Shown piece after piece: positions 50,607 through 62,737 of a DNA stretch of 64,000 nt; within the stretch, counting starts at the first letter, position 1, and each line of letters opens with the position of its first letter. The notes beneath the pieces are model-generated. The model was not told the origin of the DNA. It was given only the letters and a program-made list of their open reading frames with translations, and did not search any database. Source of the stretch: Thermostichus sp. DRC_bins_24 (GTDB taxonomy: Bacteria > Cyanobacteriota > Cyanobacteriia > Thermostichales > Thermostichaceae); contig JAUQVK010000115.1 of NCBI GenBank assembly GCA_039794845.1, forward strand, positions 32,001 through 96,000, given 5' to 3'. The translations under genes and the position numbers were made by a program.

Positions 50607-51896
50607 ATGACCTCCGCCCTTCCTGCCACCCAGCGTGGTCATTTACAGCGTGTCCTCTTGGCCAATGGTGCCACCCTGCTGTTGGGCCAAAATCCGACTG
50701 TGGATATCTTGGCGGCCCACTGTTTTTTCCGAGGTGGCAGCCGCGTGGAGCGCCGTGATCAGGCGGGGATAAGCAACTTGATGGCTGCCGTCCTGACCAA
50801 GGGTACCCAGCAGCGGGATTCCCAAGCCATTGCCGCCTGGGTGGAATCTTTGGGGGCTTCCCTGTCGGTTGATAGCTCCTCCGACTACTTTGAGGTTAGC
50901 CTGCGATGCGTGTCTGGGGACTTCCCTGAGCTGCTGGGATTGCTCTCGGAGATTTTGCAGGAGCCCAGCTTTCCGGAAGCAGAGGTGGCACGGGAACAGG
51001 CCCTAATGTTGCAATCGATTCGTGCTCAACAGGAACGGCCCTTCAGCCTGGCATTTGATCAGGTGCGGCAGGCTCTCTACGGGGATCATCCCTATGCGCT
51101 GCCGGGGGTAGGACGGCTGGAGACGGTGGGATCCCTCAGCCGTGAGGATTTGGTTGCCTATCATGCCACCTATTGTCGTCCAGACCGGATGGTGATGGTG
51201 GTGATCGGCCCCGAGCCCACCCAACAGATGGCCGCCGACATCGAAGCAGCTTTCTCCGGTTGGGTTACCCCCCCTCAGGCAGGGTTGGATCCGGTCCTTG
51301 CTTTGTCTCCTCTTGAGCAACCCAAGTTGCTGAAGCTGCCCCAATCCACCCAACAAACGACAATCATGATCGGCTTTCAGGGGTCTGCTGCTGGATCCAC
51401 CGACTATGCCGCCCTGAAGTTGCTTTGTACTTACCTGGGCAACGGTCTTTCCAGCCGCCTGTTTGTAGAGCTGCGCGAGCGCTGTGGGTTGGCCTATGAA
51501 GTCTCGGCTTTCTTTGCCACCCGTCGGGATCCTGCCCCTTTTGTAACCTACATGGGCACCGCCTCCGAGAATACCGAAGTGGCTCTAGATCGGTTGCAAG
51601 CGGAGATCCAACGCTTGCATACCCATCTCCTGAGCGAGGAAGAAGTGGAAATGGCCCAGCGCAAGCTGTTGGGCCAATACGCCCTCAGCAAACAAACCAA
51701 TGCGCAAGTGGCGCAGCTGGCGGGCTGGTACGAAATTTTGGGCCTAGGGATGGAGTTCGACCGGCAGTATTTGCAGAGGGTCAGGCACCTCACCCCGGAA
51801 CACCTGCATCAAGCCGTACAAACTTACCTGGTCACCCCGGTGATCGCCTTGGTGGGGCCGGAAGCCGCCTTGGGGGAAGTTGAGCTGGTGCTTTAA
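50607..51896 (+). CDS. M16 family non-catalytic partner subunit
   Basis: Lacks HxxEH; SSRLFVELRERCGLAY. Confidence 0.9.
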   Translation: MTSALPATQRGHLQRVLLANGATLLLGQNPTVDILAAHCFFRGGSRVERRDQAGISNLMAAVLTKGTQQRDSQAIAAWVESLGASLSVDSSSDYFEVSLRCVSGDFPELLGLLSEILQEPSFPEAEVAREQALMLQSIRAQQERPFSLAFDQVRQALYGDHPYALPGVGRLETVGSLSREDLVAYHATYCRPDRMVMVVIGPEPTQQMAADIEAAFSGWVTPPQAGLDPVLALSPLEQPKLLKLPQSTQQTTIMIGFQGSAAGSTDYAALKLLCTYLGNGLSSRLFVELRERCGLAYEVSAFFATRRDPAPFVTYMGTASENTEVALDRLQAEIQRLHTHLLSEEEVEMAQRKLLGQYALSKQTNAQVAQLAGWYEILGLGMEFDRQYLQRVRHLTPEHLHQAVQTYLVTPVIALVGPEAALGEVELVL

Positions 51897-51967
51897 GTCA
51901 TGGCTCGGACGGGTTCAACACAGTCCTCGGAATCGATGGTGTAGACCGGGATCCCCGAGCTGCTGGG

Positions 51968-53638
51968 CTATTGTTCCGCCAAAACCACTTGGTTTCGCCC
52001 CTGATGCTTGGCACGATAGAGGGCCTTGTCCGCCGCTATCTTTAGGGATCCCACGTCCGGAAAGGTCGGGTAGACGGCGATCCCACAGCTGAAGGTGACA
52101 GAAAACTCTTCGTCCTCCGCCTGTTGGCGAATTTGGGCAAAACGTTGGCGAATATCGTTCAAAATCTTGCATGCTGCAGCGCCATCGGTATCGGGAAGGA
52201 TGACGGCAAACTCTTCTCCCCCATAGCGGCCAATCGTATCGGTACGGCGCAGGCGCTGTTGCAACAGGCGAGACAGGCTCTTGATCACCCGATCCCCGGC
52301 GGCATGGCCATAGGTATCGTTCACGGATTTGAAATGATCCAAATCCAGCATGGCAAAGGCCAAACTGCTCTGGGCACGCTCCGCTCGCAGAGTTTCCTGC
52401 ACCAACTGTTCTTTGGTGGTGGTGTGGTTGAGCAGTCCCGTCAGGCTGTCGGTGGCCATCAGAGAACGCAGGGTTCTGGCCCGCTGAGCCCGCGAGTAAA
52501 CTGCCATGATCAGTTGCTCCGGCTGGATCGGCTTGGTGAGGAATTCATCCCCCCCCCCAAGGCTCACGGCATTTAGCTGTTTGTTCTGGTCGGTTTCAGT
52601 CGAGAGAAAAACAATCGGGATCCCTACATAAGCAGGCTGCTGTCGGATCACCGCCCCTAACTCCAGGCCGCTGCAATAGGGCATGTACACATCCATCAGG
52701 ATCAGATCTGGATTAAACTCCGACAGCACCGGAATCAAATCGAAGGGATCCGTCACCACCTGAGTGACCATGCCGGTGTGCTGCAAAATCAGGGAATAGT
52801 AGATGGCCGGATAAGATTCATCGTCGACAATCAAGATGCGGTAGGCTTCTTGGGGACGAGCGGTGGTAAGCTCATCCAACTTATCCACCAAACTGGGCAC
52901 ATTCACCGGCTTGGTGAAATAGGCTTTTCCACCGGCACGGGCGGCTTCTAGGCGGGCGGTTAAATCCTCGCGCACCGACATAAACACCACCGGGGGAACG
53001 GCGGATCCCAGTTGCTTGCGCAAAGCCGTTATCACTTCAATGCCAGCGGAGTCCCCTTCTGCAAAGGTGATATCCGTCAGGATGGCAGCAGGCGGTTGCC
53101 GCAACACTGCTTCTTTGAGGTCAGCACTGTTGTCGAAACAAACCACGTCATAGCCGAAATAGCCAATTTGCAGGGCCAAGTCCTCTGTCAAGGCTTGGTC
53201 GTCATCTGCCAGATAAATCAGGTGACTGTCTCCTGTGTTGGGGAGAGAATTGTGGGAAGGAATCAGCGCCGTTAACTCTGGCAGATTTTGTTCCGGCTCG
53301 TGGATCGCTTGGCGCAAAGAGGCCAACAGAGCGTGGACTTGAATCCGTTGCAGGGCGATGGGGGGATTCCCGGTTTCCAGGATCGAGGTGAGCAAAATTT
53401 CCAGCGTCCGGGCAATTGTGCCCAGGTAGGTGAAGCCAAAAGTAGCACCTGAACCGGCCAAACTGTGCACCATGCGGTGCAGAGCCCGTAGCGTCTCTAG
53501 GTTCCAGTCATCCCGCACCAACCGATCCCAGGACTGCTCGATTTGCACCACCCGTTCCCCGATCTTCTCGGCATAGGCAGCCCGCAGCGCCTGCATTTGT
53601 TCTTGAATTCGGCTGGGGGTGGCAGGGGAGCTAGGCAT
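51968..53638 (-). CDS. Hpt-REC-REC-GGDEF diguanylate cyclase
   Basis: VHSLAGSGATFG Hpt, two receivers, RRTD I-site, RYGGEEF. Confidence 0.92.
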   Translation of the reverse strand: MPSSPATPSRIQEQMQALRAAYAEKIGERVVQIEQSWDRLVRDDWNLETLRALHRMVHSLAGSGATFGFTYLGTIARTLEILLTSILETGNPPIALQRIQVHALLASLRQAIHEPEQNLPELTALIPSHNSLPNTGDSHLIYLADDDQALTEDLALQIGYFGYDVVCFDNSADLKEAVLRQPPAAILTDITFAEGDSAGIEVITALRKQLGSAVPPVVFMSVREDLTARLEAARAGGKAYFTKPVNVPSLVDKLDELTTARPQEAYRILIVDDESYPAIYYSLILQHTGMVTQVVTDPFDLIPVLSEFNPDLILMDVYMPYCSGLELGAVIRQQPAYVGIPIVFLSTETDQNKQLNAVSLGGGDEFLTKPIQPEQLIMAVYSRAQRARTLRSLMATDSLTGLLNHTTTKEQLVQETLRAERAQSSLAFAMLDLDHFKSVNDTYGHAAGDRVIKSLSRLLQQRLRRTDTIGRYGGEEFAVILPDTDGAAACKILNDIRQRFAQIRQQAEDEEFSVTFSCGIAVYPTFPDVGSLKIAADKALYRAKHQGRNQVVLAEQ

Positions 53639-54020
53639 GGTAAGTTGCCCAGATGCTGTGAAGGGTGCTGGACAGGCTCATGGGGTCGAAGGGCTTAGAA
53701 ATCACATCCACAGCCCCCAGTTGCTTGTAGCTTTCCACCTCATGGGTTTGAACTTTAGCTGTCATAAAGATAACTGGGGTATCCCGTAAAAATGACAATT
53801 GCCGCAAGGCTTTTAGGGTCGTCGGCCCGTCCATCACCGGCATCATCACATCCAGCAGAATCAAGTCGGGCGCAAAGTCAACCGCCTGCTCCAGAGCTTC
53901 TTTGCCGGAGCTGCAGATCCCCACCGTGAAGCCCCCCACCGCCTCCAAGGCCAAGCGAGCCACCGCCTGAATATCAGGGTCATCCTCCACCAAAAGAATG
54001 CGTTGCAACGAGGCTGCCAT
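53631..54020 (-). CDS. Single-domain response regulator
   Basis: LLVEDD, LLDVMMP, KPF. Confidence 0.94.
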   Translation of the reverse strand: MAASLQRILLVEDDPDIQAVARLALEAVGGFTVGICSSGKEALEQAVDFAPDLILLDVMMPVMDGPTTLKALRQLSFLRDTPVIFMTAKVQTHEVESYKQLGAVDVISKPFDPMSLSSTLHSIWATYHA

Positions 54021-54073
54021 GGCAAAAAGGGGAGAGGAACGGATACTTCAGTAATCTAGGTGATAATTCTAAC

Positions 54074-57000
54074 TTAGGATCCCTTAGAGGGAAAACCCTT
54101 CTCAGAGCCAGTTTGTGCAAGAGGCTCCCCCTCCACATACAAAGGGAACTCCAGGTAGAAACAGGTACCTGTTTCCCCTTCCCCTTCCTCGGCGGAGCAG
54201 GTCACGAAATCGACACGCCCTCCTAGCTTATCGACAATTGCTTTGCTGATGCTCAGCCCCAATCCTGTGCCTCCCTGCAAGCGTGTATTAGAGGCATCTG
54301 CCTGGGCAAACCGTTGAAAGATCTGGGAGCGGAAGGAGCGGGGGATCCCTGGTCCATGATCCTGAACAGCGAGGCGTAGCCAATCCTGCTGCCGGCTGAG
54401 CCGCAGGTCTACCGAGGCTCCTGGAGGGGAAAATTTGATGGCATTAGAGAGGAGGTTAGTCACCACCTGAGTGAGGCGGTGGCTATCGGCGCGGATCTGA
54501 CAGCCTTCACAGTCGGGATCCACCTGTAGGCGCATCTGCACCCCGTAGTTCTCGGCATAGGCTTGGTTGACCTGCAAAATCTGCTCCAACAGCGGCTTCA
54601 TGAGCAGCGGTCGGATCTCGAAACTGATACGCCCCGCTTCGATCTTTTCGATATCCAAAATGTCGTTGATCAAGATCAGCAGCCGCTCGCTGTTTTTTTG
54701 GGCAATTTGCAGCAGGTTGTGCTGTTGTTCGTTCAGGGGGCCCCCCACTCCCCCCAGGATTAACCCCAGGGATCCGCGAATCGAGGTAAGGGGGGTACGC
54801 AACTCATGGCTGACCATAGAGACAAACTCGTTTTTCATGCGTTCTATTTTCTTGCTGCTGGTAATGTCTTGGAAGCTCCATACCCGCCCGGTGATGGTGC
54901 CGCGAATCCAGAGGGGCTTGGTGACTAGGTGCAAAATGCGCTGATCCAACAGCTCCAGAATAACGCTTTGGCTCATCTCCGGATGGGCCAGCAAATCCTC
55001 AACCTGAGACAGGAAAAGTTGGGGATCTTGCACCTGCTCCGCCATGTGGTGGGTGCGTTCTGCCGCCCCCTCCGGTTTGAGATGAGAGGATTCCAACTGC
55101 CACATTTGCGCAAGTAGATGATTGTACACCAAGAGATGGCCCTGCAGATCTGTCACCAAAATGCCGTTGGTGGTTGCCTCGAGGGTGGCTTGCAGAAGAG
55201 CTAAAGAGCGCTCCAAGTCGCGGGCCGCTTGTTTGCGCTCGGTGATATCCCGCGACACCGCCACCCGTTCTAAGGATCCACTGGGATCGATCAACAGTCG
55301 GCTGCTGGTTTCCAGCCAGACGAAATGCCCCTGCCGATGGCGTACCCGATAGATCACCCGCGATTCGCCGTCCACCCCCGAGGCCAACGTGGGACGAAAG
55401 GCCGCTTGGATGTTGGCCAAATCTTCGGGATGCACCATATCAAAGAGGAATTTCCCCTTCAGCTCCTCCGGTCGGTAGCCGAGGATGGCCAGACAGGCGG
55501 GGGAAGCATCCAAAAAGCACCCCATTGGGTCATGGCGGGAGATCATATCCGTGGCATTTTCCGCCAGTAGCCGATAACGGGCCTCGCTCTCTCGCAGGGA
55601 TTCCAGCACCACCAACCGTTCTTGGTCCAGCCGTTTGGCCTGGGTGATGTCTTCGATAATGCTGATGATGTGGGTGGGGGTATTGGCACTATCCCGCAGC
55701 AACGAGACGGCAACCCGGGTCCAAACCACATGCCCCTGTTTGTGCACAAAACGTTTCTCGTAGCGGTAGTTCTCCCGATGCCCCGCCAGCAGCTCGGCCA
55801 GGATCCCTTCCGAAAGGCCCTGATCTTCGGAATAGGTGTAGTCGGCAAAACTTAGGGTTTGTAGCTCCTGGAGTGTGTAGCCCAGCAAGTTGAGAGCAGC
55901 AGGGTTGCACTCCAAAATACGCCCGTCCAAGCTGAGGATATTGATGGCATTGGGGGCATTTTCCAGAATCGCCCTCAGGCGTTCCTCACTGGAGCGCAAA
56001 GCGGTTTCTGCTCGTTTTTGGTCGGTAAACTCCCGCACCACCGCCAAGACTTTCTCAGTGCCGCTGGGCACCATGCGCACTTCAAAGTGCCGTTCTTCCC
56101 CCTCCAAGATCAGCGGGTAGGTGTAGATCTGCTGTTGTCCGGTGCGCAGCGCCTCCTGCAGGTAAAACAGCTCTCGCTCTGCCAAATCCGGGGGCATAAT
56201 ATCGGGGATGCTCAGCCCCTGGATCTCGTCCATATTGGCCAAGACCGGGAAGCCCACCGGCTGCCTCACCATGTTCAGGTAGTGGCCTTCGGCGCTGATC
56301 CACAGCATCAGGTCGGGAATGGCTTGGATGATCGCCTGCTTTTCCGCCTCGCTCTGGCGTAGGGCGGCTTCGGCCTGCTTAGCCTCTGAAATATCCTCCA
56401 AGACTGAGACGGCAAACTGGGGCTGCCCCCGGGGATCCCGCACCAAACTGATGGTGAGGCGTCCCCAAAATTGGCTGCCATCCTTGCGTAGGTAGCGTTT
56501 TTCCAGTCTATAGAAGGAAATTTTGCCGGCTACCAGCTGCTGGAACAGCTCCTGATCTGTTTGCAGATCGTCAGGATGAGTGTAGTCGGCGAAGTTCATG
56601 TGCAGCAGCTCATCCTGGCTGTAGCCGTGCATGCGCTGAGCGGCGGGATTAATGCTGAACAGGTTCCCCTTCAAATCCGTGAGGCCAATGCCGACGCTGG
56701 CCTGCTCGATCAGAGCTTGTAGGGGATAGGGGCTGTTTCGCAGCGCCTCTGCATCTGGGGGATCCCCTGAGGGGGAGTCCAACCCAAGGGCTGTACCACA
56801 CAGACCCCAGTGGGGGCTTTCCGGCAGGGGCAAGGGGGCAGCAGTCCAAGTCAGGGGATGATAGTCGCCATCGTGGGCGCGTACTCGTCCGACAAAGGTG
56901 ATGGTACGGTTCGCCCTAGGGGCTGAGGAGGTGGGGGATCCGTGATTTTGCCGGAGCTCATCCCATTTGGCTTGGATCTGGGGGCGATCTTCGGGATGCA

Positions 57001-57181
57001 GGAGCTCCAGAAGGGGTTGCCCTTGTAAGCGCTGTGGGGAGTAGCCCAGATGATGTTCCCAGGTGCTGTTCAAATGCAGAATTTGCCCGTTGTCATCAAT
57101 GGCCCAGAGCAGACCGGGACAGTGTTCAAAAAATTGCTCGAACGGGACGGGGGTCATGCTTGATCTCGGACTTTGTTTCAT
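54074..57181 (-). CDS. Multi-PAS sensor histidine kinase
   Basis: Several PAS/PAC repeats, VSHELRTPL, NAIKF, GTGLGL; start uncertain. Confidence 0.93.
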   Translation of the reverse strand: MKQSPRSSMTPVPFEQFFEHCPGLLWAIDDNGQILHLNSTWEHHLGYSPQRLQGQPLLELLHPEDRPQIQAKWDELRQNHGSPTSSAPRANRTITFVGRVRAHDGDYHPLTWTAAPLPLPESPHWGLCGTALGLDSPSGDPPDAEALRNSPYPLQALIEQASVGIGLTDLKGNLFSINPAAQRMHGYSQDELLHMNFADYTHPDDLQTDQELFQQLVAGKISFYRLEKRYLRKDGSQFWGRLTISLVRDPRGQPQFAVSVLEDISEAKQAEAALRQSEAEKQAIIQAIPDLMLWISAEGHYLNMVRQPVGFPVLANMDEIQGLSIPDIMPPDLAERELFYLQEALRTGQQQIYTYPLILEGEERHFEVRMVPSGTEKVLAVVREFTDQKRAETALRSSEERLRAILENAPNAINILSLDGRILECNPAALNLLGYTLQELQTLSFADYTYSEDQGLSEGILAELLAGHRENYRYEKRFVHKQGHVVWTRVAVSLLRDSANTPTHIISIIEDITQAKRLDQERLVVLESLRESEARYRLLAENATDMISRHDPMGCFLDASPACLAILGYRPEELKGKFLFDMVHPEDLANIQAAFRPTLASGVDGESRVIYRVRHRQGHFVWLETSSRLLIDPSGSLERVAVSRDITERKQAARDLERSLALLQATLEATTNGILVTDLQGHLLVYNHLLAQMWQLESSHLKPEGAAERTHHMAEQVQDPQLFLSQVEDLLAHPEMSQSVILELLDQRILHLVTKPLWIRGTITGRVWSFQDITSSKKIERMKNEFVSMVSHELRTPLTSIRGSLGLILGGVGGPLNEQQHNLLQIAQKNSERLLILINDILDIEKIEAGRISFEIRPLLMKPLLEQILQVNQAYAENYGVQMRLQVDPDCEGCQIRADSHRLTQVVTNLLSNAIKFSPPGASVDLRLSRQQDWLRLAVQDHGPGIPRSFRSQIFQRFAQADASNTRLQGGTGLGLSISKAIVDKLGGRVDFVTCSAEEGEGETGTCFYLEFPLYVEGEPLAQTGSEKGFPSKGS

Positions 57182-57293
57182 GGTAACGAACCCCTTTTTC
57201 AACACTTCACCTGGCAGTCTGGGTAGGGGGAACGTTGGCTGAAGAAGAAATCTAGAGAGGAACATAGATTAAAGAAAAATTGGCCCAGAGGCA

Positions 57294-57911
57294 TCAATCA
57301 AAATCCGTCGGCCACTCGGGATGGCGGTAGTGCTCGAAAAGGCGGGCGATCTGGGCTGGGGTCACGCGGGGTAGCGAGAGAGGGGGCAACTGATGCTCCG
57401 AGAAAAACTCGACGCCATCGGTTTCTAAGCTGTTGGCGGGGGATCCGCCGATGAGCTGACACTGGAAAAACAGCTTGTAGGAGTAGTCCTGGTAGGCGGG
57501 GTGATTGTGGCGGCTTTTGTCGTAGACCGCCAGCAATTTTACCGCCTTGGCCCGATAGCCGGATTCTTCCCACACCTCCCGCTCCACTGCCTCGCTGGGG
57601 GAATCCCCCACATCCGCCCACCCCCCCGGCAGCGTCCAGCGGCCATCGATGCGCTCTTTCACCAGCAGAATTTGATCCTCCCGAAAGACGGCGGCCCGCA
57701 CATCCACCTTCGGTGTAGCGTAGCCCAGCTCCCGTTCAAACCCTTGTAAAAGCTTTTCCGGTTCTAGGTCGGTGTGTTGGGCAAGCATCTGGGCGGCAAT
57801 CTGGCGCAGCTTCTGGTAGCGCTCGATATCAAAGGGGTTTTGGCTGTAGGTGAGACCGTTCTGGGCAATGGCCTGCAGTTGTTGGGCCCAGGTCAACCAA
57901 TGCGCACTCAT
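57294..57911 (-). CDS. NUDIX hydrolase with N-terminal domain
   Basis: GYATPKVDVR, GGWADVGDSPSEAVEREVWEESG. Confidence 0.92.
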   Translation of the reverse strand: MSAHWLTWAQQLQAIAQNGLTYSQNPFDIERYQKLRQIAAQMLAQHTDLEPEKLLQGFERELGYATPKVDVRAAVFREDQILLVKERIDGRWTLPGGWADVGDSPSEAVEREVWEESGYRAKAVKLLAVYDKSRHNHPAYQDYSYKLFFQCQLIGGSPANSLETDGVEFFSEHQLPPLSLPRVTPAQIARLFEHYRHPEWPTDFD

Positions 57912-57976
57912 GCGGGATCCGACTCGATGTCTCTACCATAGACTGGATCCCACCCGAAGCTGAGGCCACCGCTCCC

Positions 57977-59408
<1,432 letters not shown>

Positions 59409-59411
59409 TCC

Positions 59412-60122
59412 ATGAAGCCTCTACCCACGGTGATTCTGCCCGGCTACCTGGCCGCAGCCCGCGAGTACGAACCCATGCGGGCAAACTTGGAGGCGCGGGG
59501 CTACCCCTGTCGGGTGGTGCCGTTGCAGGTGCGCAGTTGGCTACCGACGGTGGGAGGAAGGCCCATCACCCCCATTTTGCGGGTGCTTCAGACCACCATC
59601 CGACAAACCCGGCAAGAGTTCGGTACCGAACAGGTGAACCTTGTCGCCCACTCCGCCGGCGGCTGGATTGCTCGCATCTACCTGGGATCCGTGCCCTACT
59701 GGGGACAGGTGTGGCAAGGGCGGGATCAGGTCGCCACGTTGATCAGTCTCGGATCCCCCCATATCAGCCGGGAACGCTGGACAAGACGCAATTTGACCTT
59801 TGTCAACGAGCACTATCCGGGGGCCTTTTGGCCACAGGTGAAGTACGTTTGTGTGGCGGGCAAGGTGATCCAGGGGCGGCGCTTGGGTGTGGGATCCCTG
59901 TGGAGACAGGAAAATTACCTGACTTGGCTAGCCTACAACAGCTATTTGCTCACTGCCGGAGACGGAGAACTTTGGGGGGATGGCATCACGCCAATCGAGG
60001 CAGCCCATTTACCGGGAGCGATCAACTTAACCGTGGCCGACTGCCATCACTCCGGTCGCGGTGGGCGGCGTTGGTACGGCACAGCCGAGGTTGTAGAAGA
60101 GTGGGTTCCGTATTTGGCCTAG
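59412..60122 (+). CDS. Alpha/beta hydrolase (lipase/esterase-like)
   Basis: AHSAGG nucleophile elbow, SLGSPH, GDGITP. Confidence 0.85.
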   Translation: MKPLPTVILPGYLAAAREYEPMRANLEARGYPCRVVPLQVRSWLPTVGGRPITPILRVLQTTIRQTRQEFGTEQVNLVAHSAGGWIARIYLGSVPYWGQVWQGRDQVATLISLGSPHISRERWTRRNLTFVNEHYPGAFWPQVKYVCVAGKVIQGRRLGVGSLWRQENYLTWLAYNSYLLTAGDGELWGDGITPIEAAHLPGAINLTVADCHHSGRGGRRWYGTAEVVEEWVPYLA

Positions 60123-60153
60123 CCGAAATTGCGAATGGATCGGCTCCGAAGAG

Positions 60154-60717
60154 TTATCGCCTGTCCAGCTTGAGCCAGGCAAAGAGTTGTGCGGCTGTCA
60201 GCTGCAAGTGAACTCCCTCTAGCATTGGCAGTTGCCGATCCCCTCTGCACACATCGGGCTCTTGGTGGGGAGTAAAAGTGAGAACAGAATCATCGTCGGG
60301 GTCGATCATCCACCCCAGCCGACAGCCGTGCTTAATGCAGTGTAAAAGGTTGTCGATGACGCGATTGGCCTTCTGATCGGGCGAAAGGATTTCTATTGAC
60401 CAATCAGGAGCTGCGAGAAAATCATCCTCTGGCTCTCCTGTCTCATCCACCGGGATGCGATTCCAGGCAACGACAGCAACATCAGGGACAATCGACCGTC
60501 CGGCAAAAGTACACCGCAGTTCTGGCAGGGCTGTATAGGTTTTGCTATGCCCATCAATCTCTGCCAACAGACGCTTCCGCAGAAGGGAATGTCGTGTTTT
60601 GGGCATTGGCTTTTGCACGGCAATCCCATCGATGTATTCCCATGCTGGAGATGCCTCTAAATCGGGACGCTTGAGAAAGTCTTCGAGGGTCGGCGTTTGG
60701 GTAAAAGAGGCAGTCAT
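60154..60717 (-). CDS. Uma2 family endonuclease
   Basis: EYIDG...KPMP, PELRCTF, PDWSIEILSP, GWMIDP. Confidence 0.92.
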   Translation of the reverse strand: MTASFTQTPTLEDFLKRPDLEASPAWEYIDGIAVQKPMPKTRHSLLRKRLLAEIDGHSKTYTALPELRCTFAGRSIVPDVAVVAWNRIPVDETGEPEDDFLAAPDWSIEILSPDQKANRVIDNLLHCIKHGCRLGWMIDPDDDSVLTFTPHQEPDVCRGDRQLPMLEGVHLQLTAAQLFAWLKLDRR

Positions 60718-60740
60718 GATTTCGACTCAGGGCCTCTGCT

Positions 60741-61460
60741 TTAGCTCTTGGGTTCGCTGGGATCGGCGATCGGCGTTTCCGGCAAAGTGGCGGTCGATTG
60801 TCGGCGTTCCTGTTGGCGACGGGCTGCTTTCACCATTTCCTCAACCACAGCCCGCGCTTGCTTCATGCGATCCAAACTGTTGCGGTAAAGCTCCAGATCT
60901 TTTTTGACTCTCTCGACCGAAAAGGGCAGTTTGCCCACCACATCTTCCAAAAAGCGACGGGTACGCTCCTCCGGATCCCCGTAGAGGGGAATGGCCACAA
61001 CTTCATAGGCAGTGTAAAGGCCAACCGCCAAAACCCGGCTGTAGGCGTAGGGGGGCTGGGTCATGCGCTCTAAGATGGCTTTCAAGCCACCTACATCTTC
61101 TGCCTCAGGCCTAAGGCAGAGAAGGTTTAATCGTTGGCTAGGATCCCCGCTCCGCATCAAGTCCAGCAGATCGCGGGCATTTTTGCGCAACACCTCCGGC
61201 TTCAGTTGCAGGGCTTTACAGAGAGCGTTGAAAATGCCTTCTCGTTGCTCGGGGGGTTGGTAAGCCTCCATCAGCCCGTCGTAAATCGTCACCAGTCCCA
61301 GGGCAAAAAAGGGATCATAAACAAAGGTGCTGTTGACGGTGGCCAGGTGCAACTCCACCAGCAACTCCTCCACCACCCGACGGTACACGGCGTTGATCGG
61401 GCGAGGGTAGGCGCTGAAGAAGGCGGCTTTGCTGGCGGAGAGGGTGCGGACAGAATTCAC
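60741..61460 (-). CDS. psb29: Photosystem II biogenesis protein Psb29/Thf1
   Basis: RPINAVYRRVVEELLVELHL, YSRVLAVGL, KDLELYR. Confidence 0.93.
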   Translation of the reverse strand: MNSVRTLSASKAAFFSAYPRPINAVYRRVVEELLVELHLATVNSTFVYDPFFALGLVTIYDGLMEAYQPPEQREGIFNALCKALQLKPEVLRKNARDLLDLMRSGDPSQRLNLLCLRPEAEDVGGLKAILERMTQPPYAYSRVLAVGLYTAYEVVAIPLYGDPEERTRRFLEDVVGKLPFSVERVKKDLELYRNSLDRMKQARAVVEEMVKAARRQQERRQSTATLPETPIADPSEPKS

Positions 61461-61614
61461 AGGCAGAGGGATAGGGTGGACTGCAGATGATGTTCATTAG
61501 TTCTCATTCTCCCTTGTGGCGACCCCGACAGCAAGCAAGCGTGGCCCACCCGTGTCCCGGCTCCGCTATCGTGGGATATTGGGTGGGCTGGGATCCCCCA
61601 AGGGTGGTGGGGTA

Positions 61615-62730
61615 ATGGCGGCAACCGAAGTGACGGTGGTGGTGAAGATCGGCACCTCTAGCCTGACGGATGCTCAGAGCGGCTCGTTGCGACTTTCGGT
61701 TTTGGGGCCTTTGGTGGAGGTGCTGACCCGCCTGCGAAGCCAAGGGTATGCGGTGATTTTGGTCTCTTCAGGAGCGGTGGGGGTGGGCTGTGCCCGCTTG
61801 GGGTTGCGGCAGCGACCGACGGCCATTGCGGAAAAACAAGCGGTTGCGGCGGTCGGGCAGGGGCGGTTGATGCGTCTTTACGATGATCTGTTCTCGGCTT
61901 TGAACCAGCCCATCGCCCAGGTTTTGCTCACCCGTGCCGATTTGGTGGAGCGCAGCCGCTATGTCAATGCCAATCGCACCTTTGCCCAACTTTTGCAAAT
62001 GGGGGTGATCCCCATCGTCAACGAAAACGACACGGTGGCGGTGGAGGAGCTGAAATTTGGGGATAACGACTCTCTCTCGGCGCTGGTGGCCAGCATGGTG
62101 CAGGCGCGATGGCTGATTTTGCTGACGGATGTGGACAAACTCTATTCGGCTGATCCCCATCGGGATCCCTCGGCAGAGCCCATCGAACGGGTGTTGCGCG
62201 GGATCCCTTTGCAGGTGAAGGCGGAGGTGCAGGGGAAAAGTGGTTGGGGCACCGGCGGCATGGCCACGAAATTGACCGCCGCTCAAATTGCCACCGCCGC
62301 AGGGGTAACGGTGGTGATCACCAATGGCAAACGGCCAGAACAGATCCCGGCGATTTTGGCGGGAGAGGCGATCGGTACCCGCTTTGATCCCGCGCCACAA
62401 CCCGCCAGTGCCCGCAAGCGCTGGATTGCCTACGGGCTAGTTCCTGAGGGATCCCTGACTTTGGATGCGGGGGCGGTACGAGCCGTGTGTGAGCAGGGGC
62501 GCTCTCTCTTGCCGGCCGGGGTTACGGCCATCTCCGGAGAGTTTGAGGCAGGGGCAGCCGTGCGCTTGTGCGATCCCAGTGGGCGGGAGGTGGCGCGGGG
62601 TTTGGTGAACTACAGTGCCGACGAGTTGCGGCAAATCAAGGGCAAAAAAACCGCCGAGATCCCGCATATTTTGGGCTATGAGGGAGTCGATACCGCCATT
62701 CACCGCGACAATTTGGCCCTGCTGGACTGA
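61615..62730 (+). CDS. proB: Glutamate 5-kinase
   Basis: [33 protein letters not shown] domain. Confidence 0.97.
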   Translation: MAATEVTVVVKIGTSSLTDAQSGSLRLSVLGPLVEVLTRLRSQGYAVILVSSGAVGVGCARLGLRQRPTAIAEKQAVAAVGQGRLMRLYDDLFSALNQPIAQVLLTRADLVERSRYVNANRTFAQLLQMGVIPIVNENDTVAVEELKFGDNDSLSALVASMVQARWLILLTDVDKLYSADPHRDPSAEPIERVLRGIPLQVKAEVQGKSGWGTGGMATKLTAAQIATAAGVTVVITNGKRPEQIPAILAGEAIGTRFDPAPQPASARKRWIAYGLVPEGSLTLDAGAVRAVCEQGRSLLPAGVTAISGEFEAGAAVRLCDPSGREVARGLVNYSADELRQIKGKKTAEIPHILGYEGVDTAIHRDNLALLD

Positions 62731-62737
62731 GTGCCCT

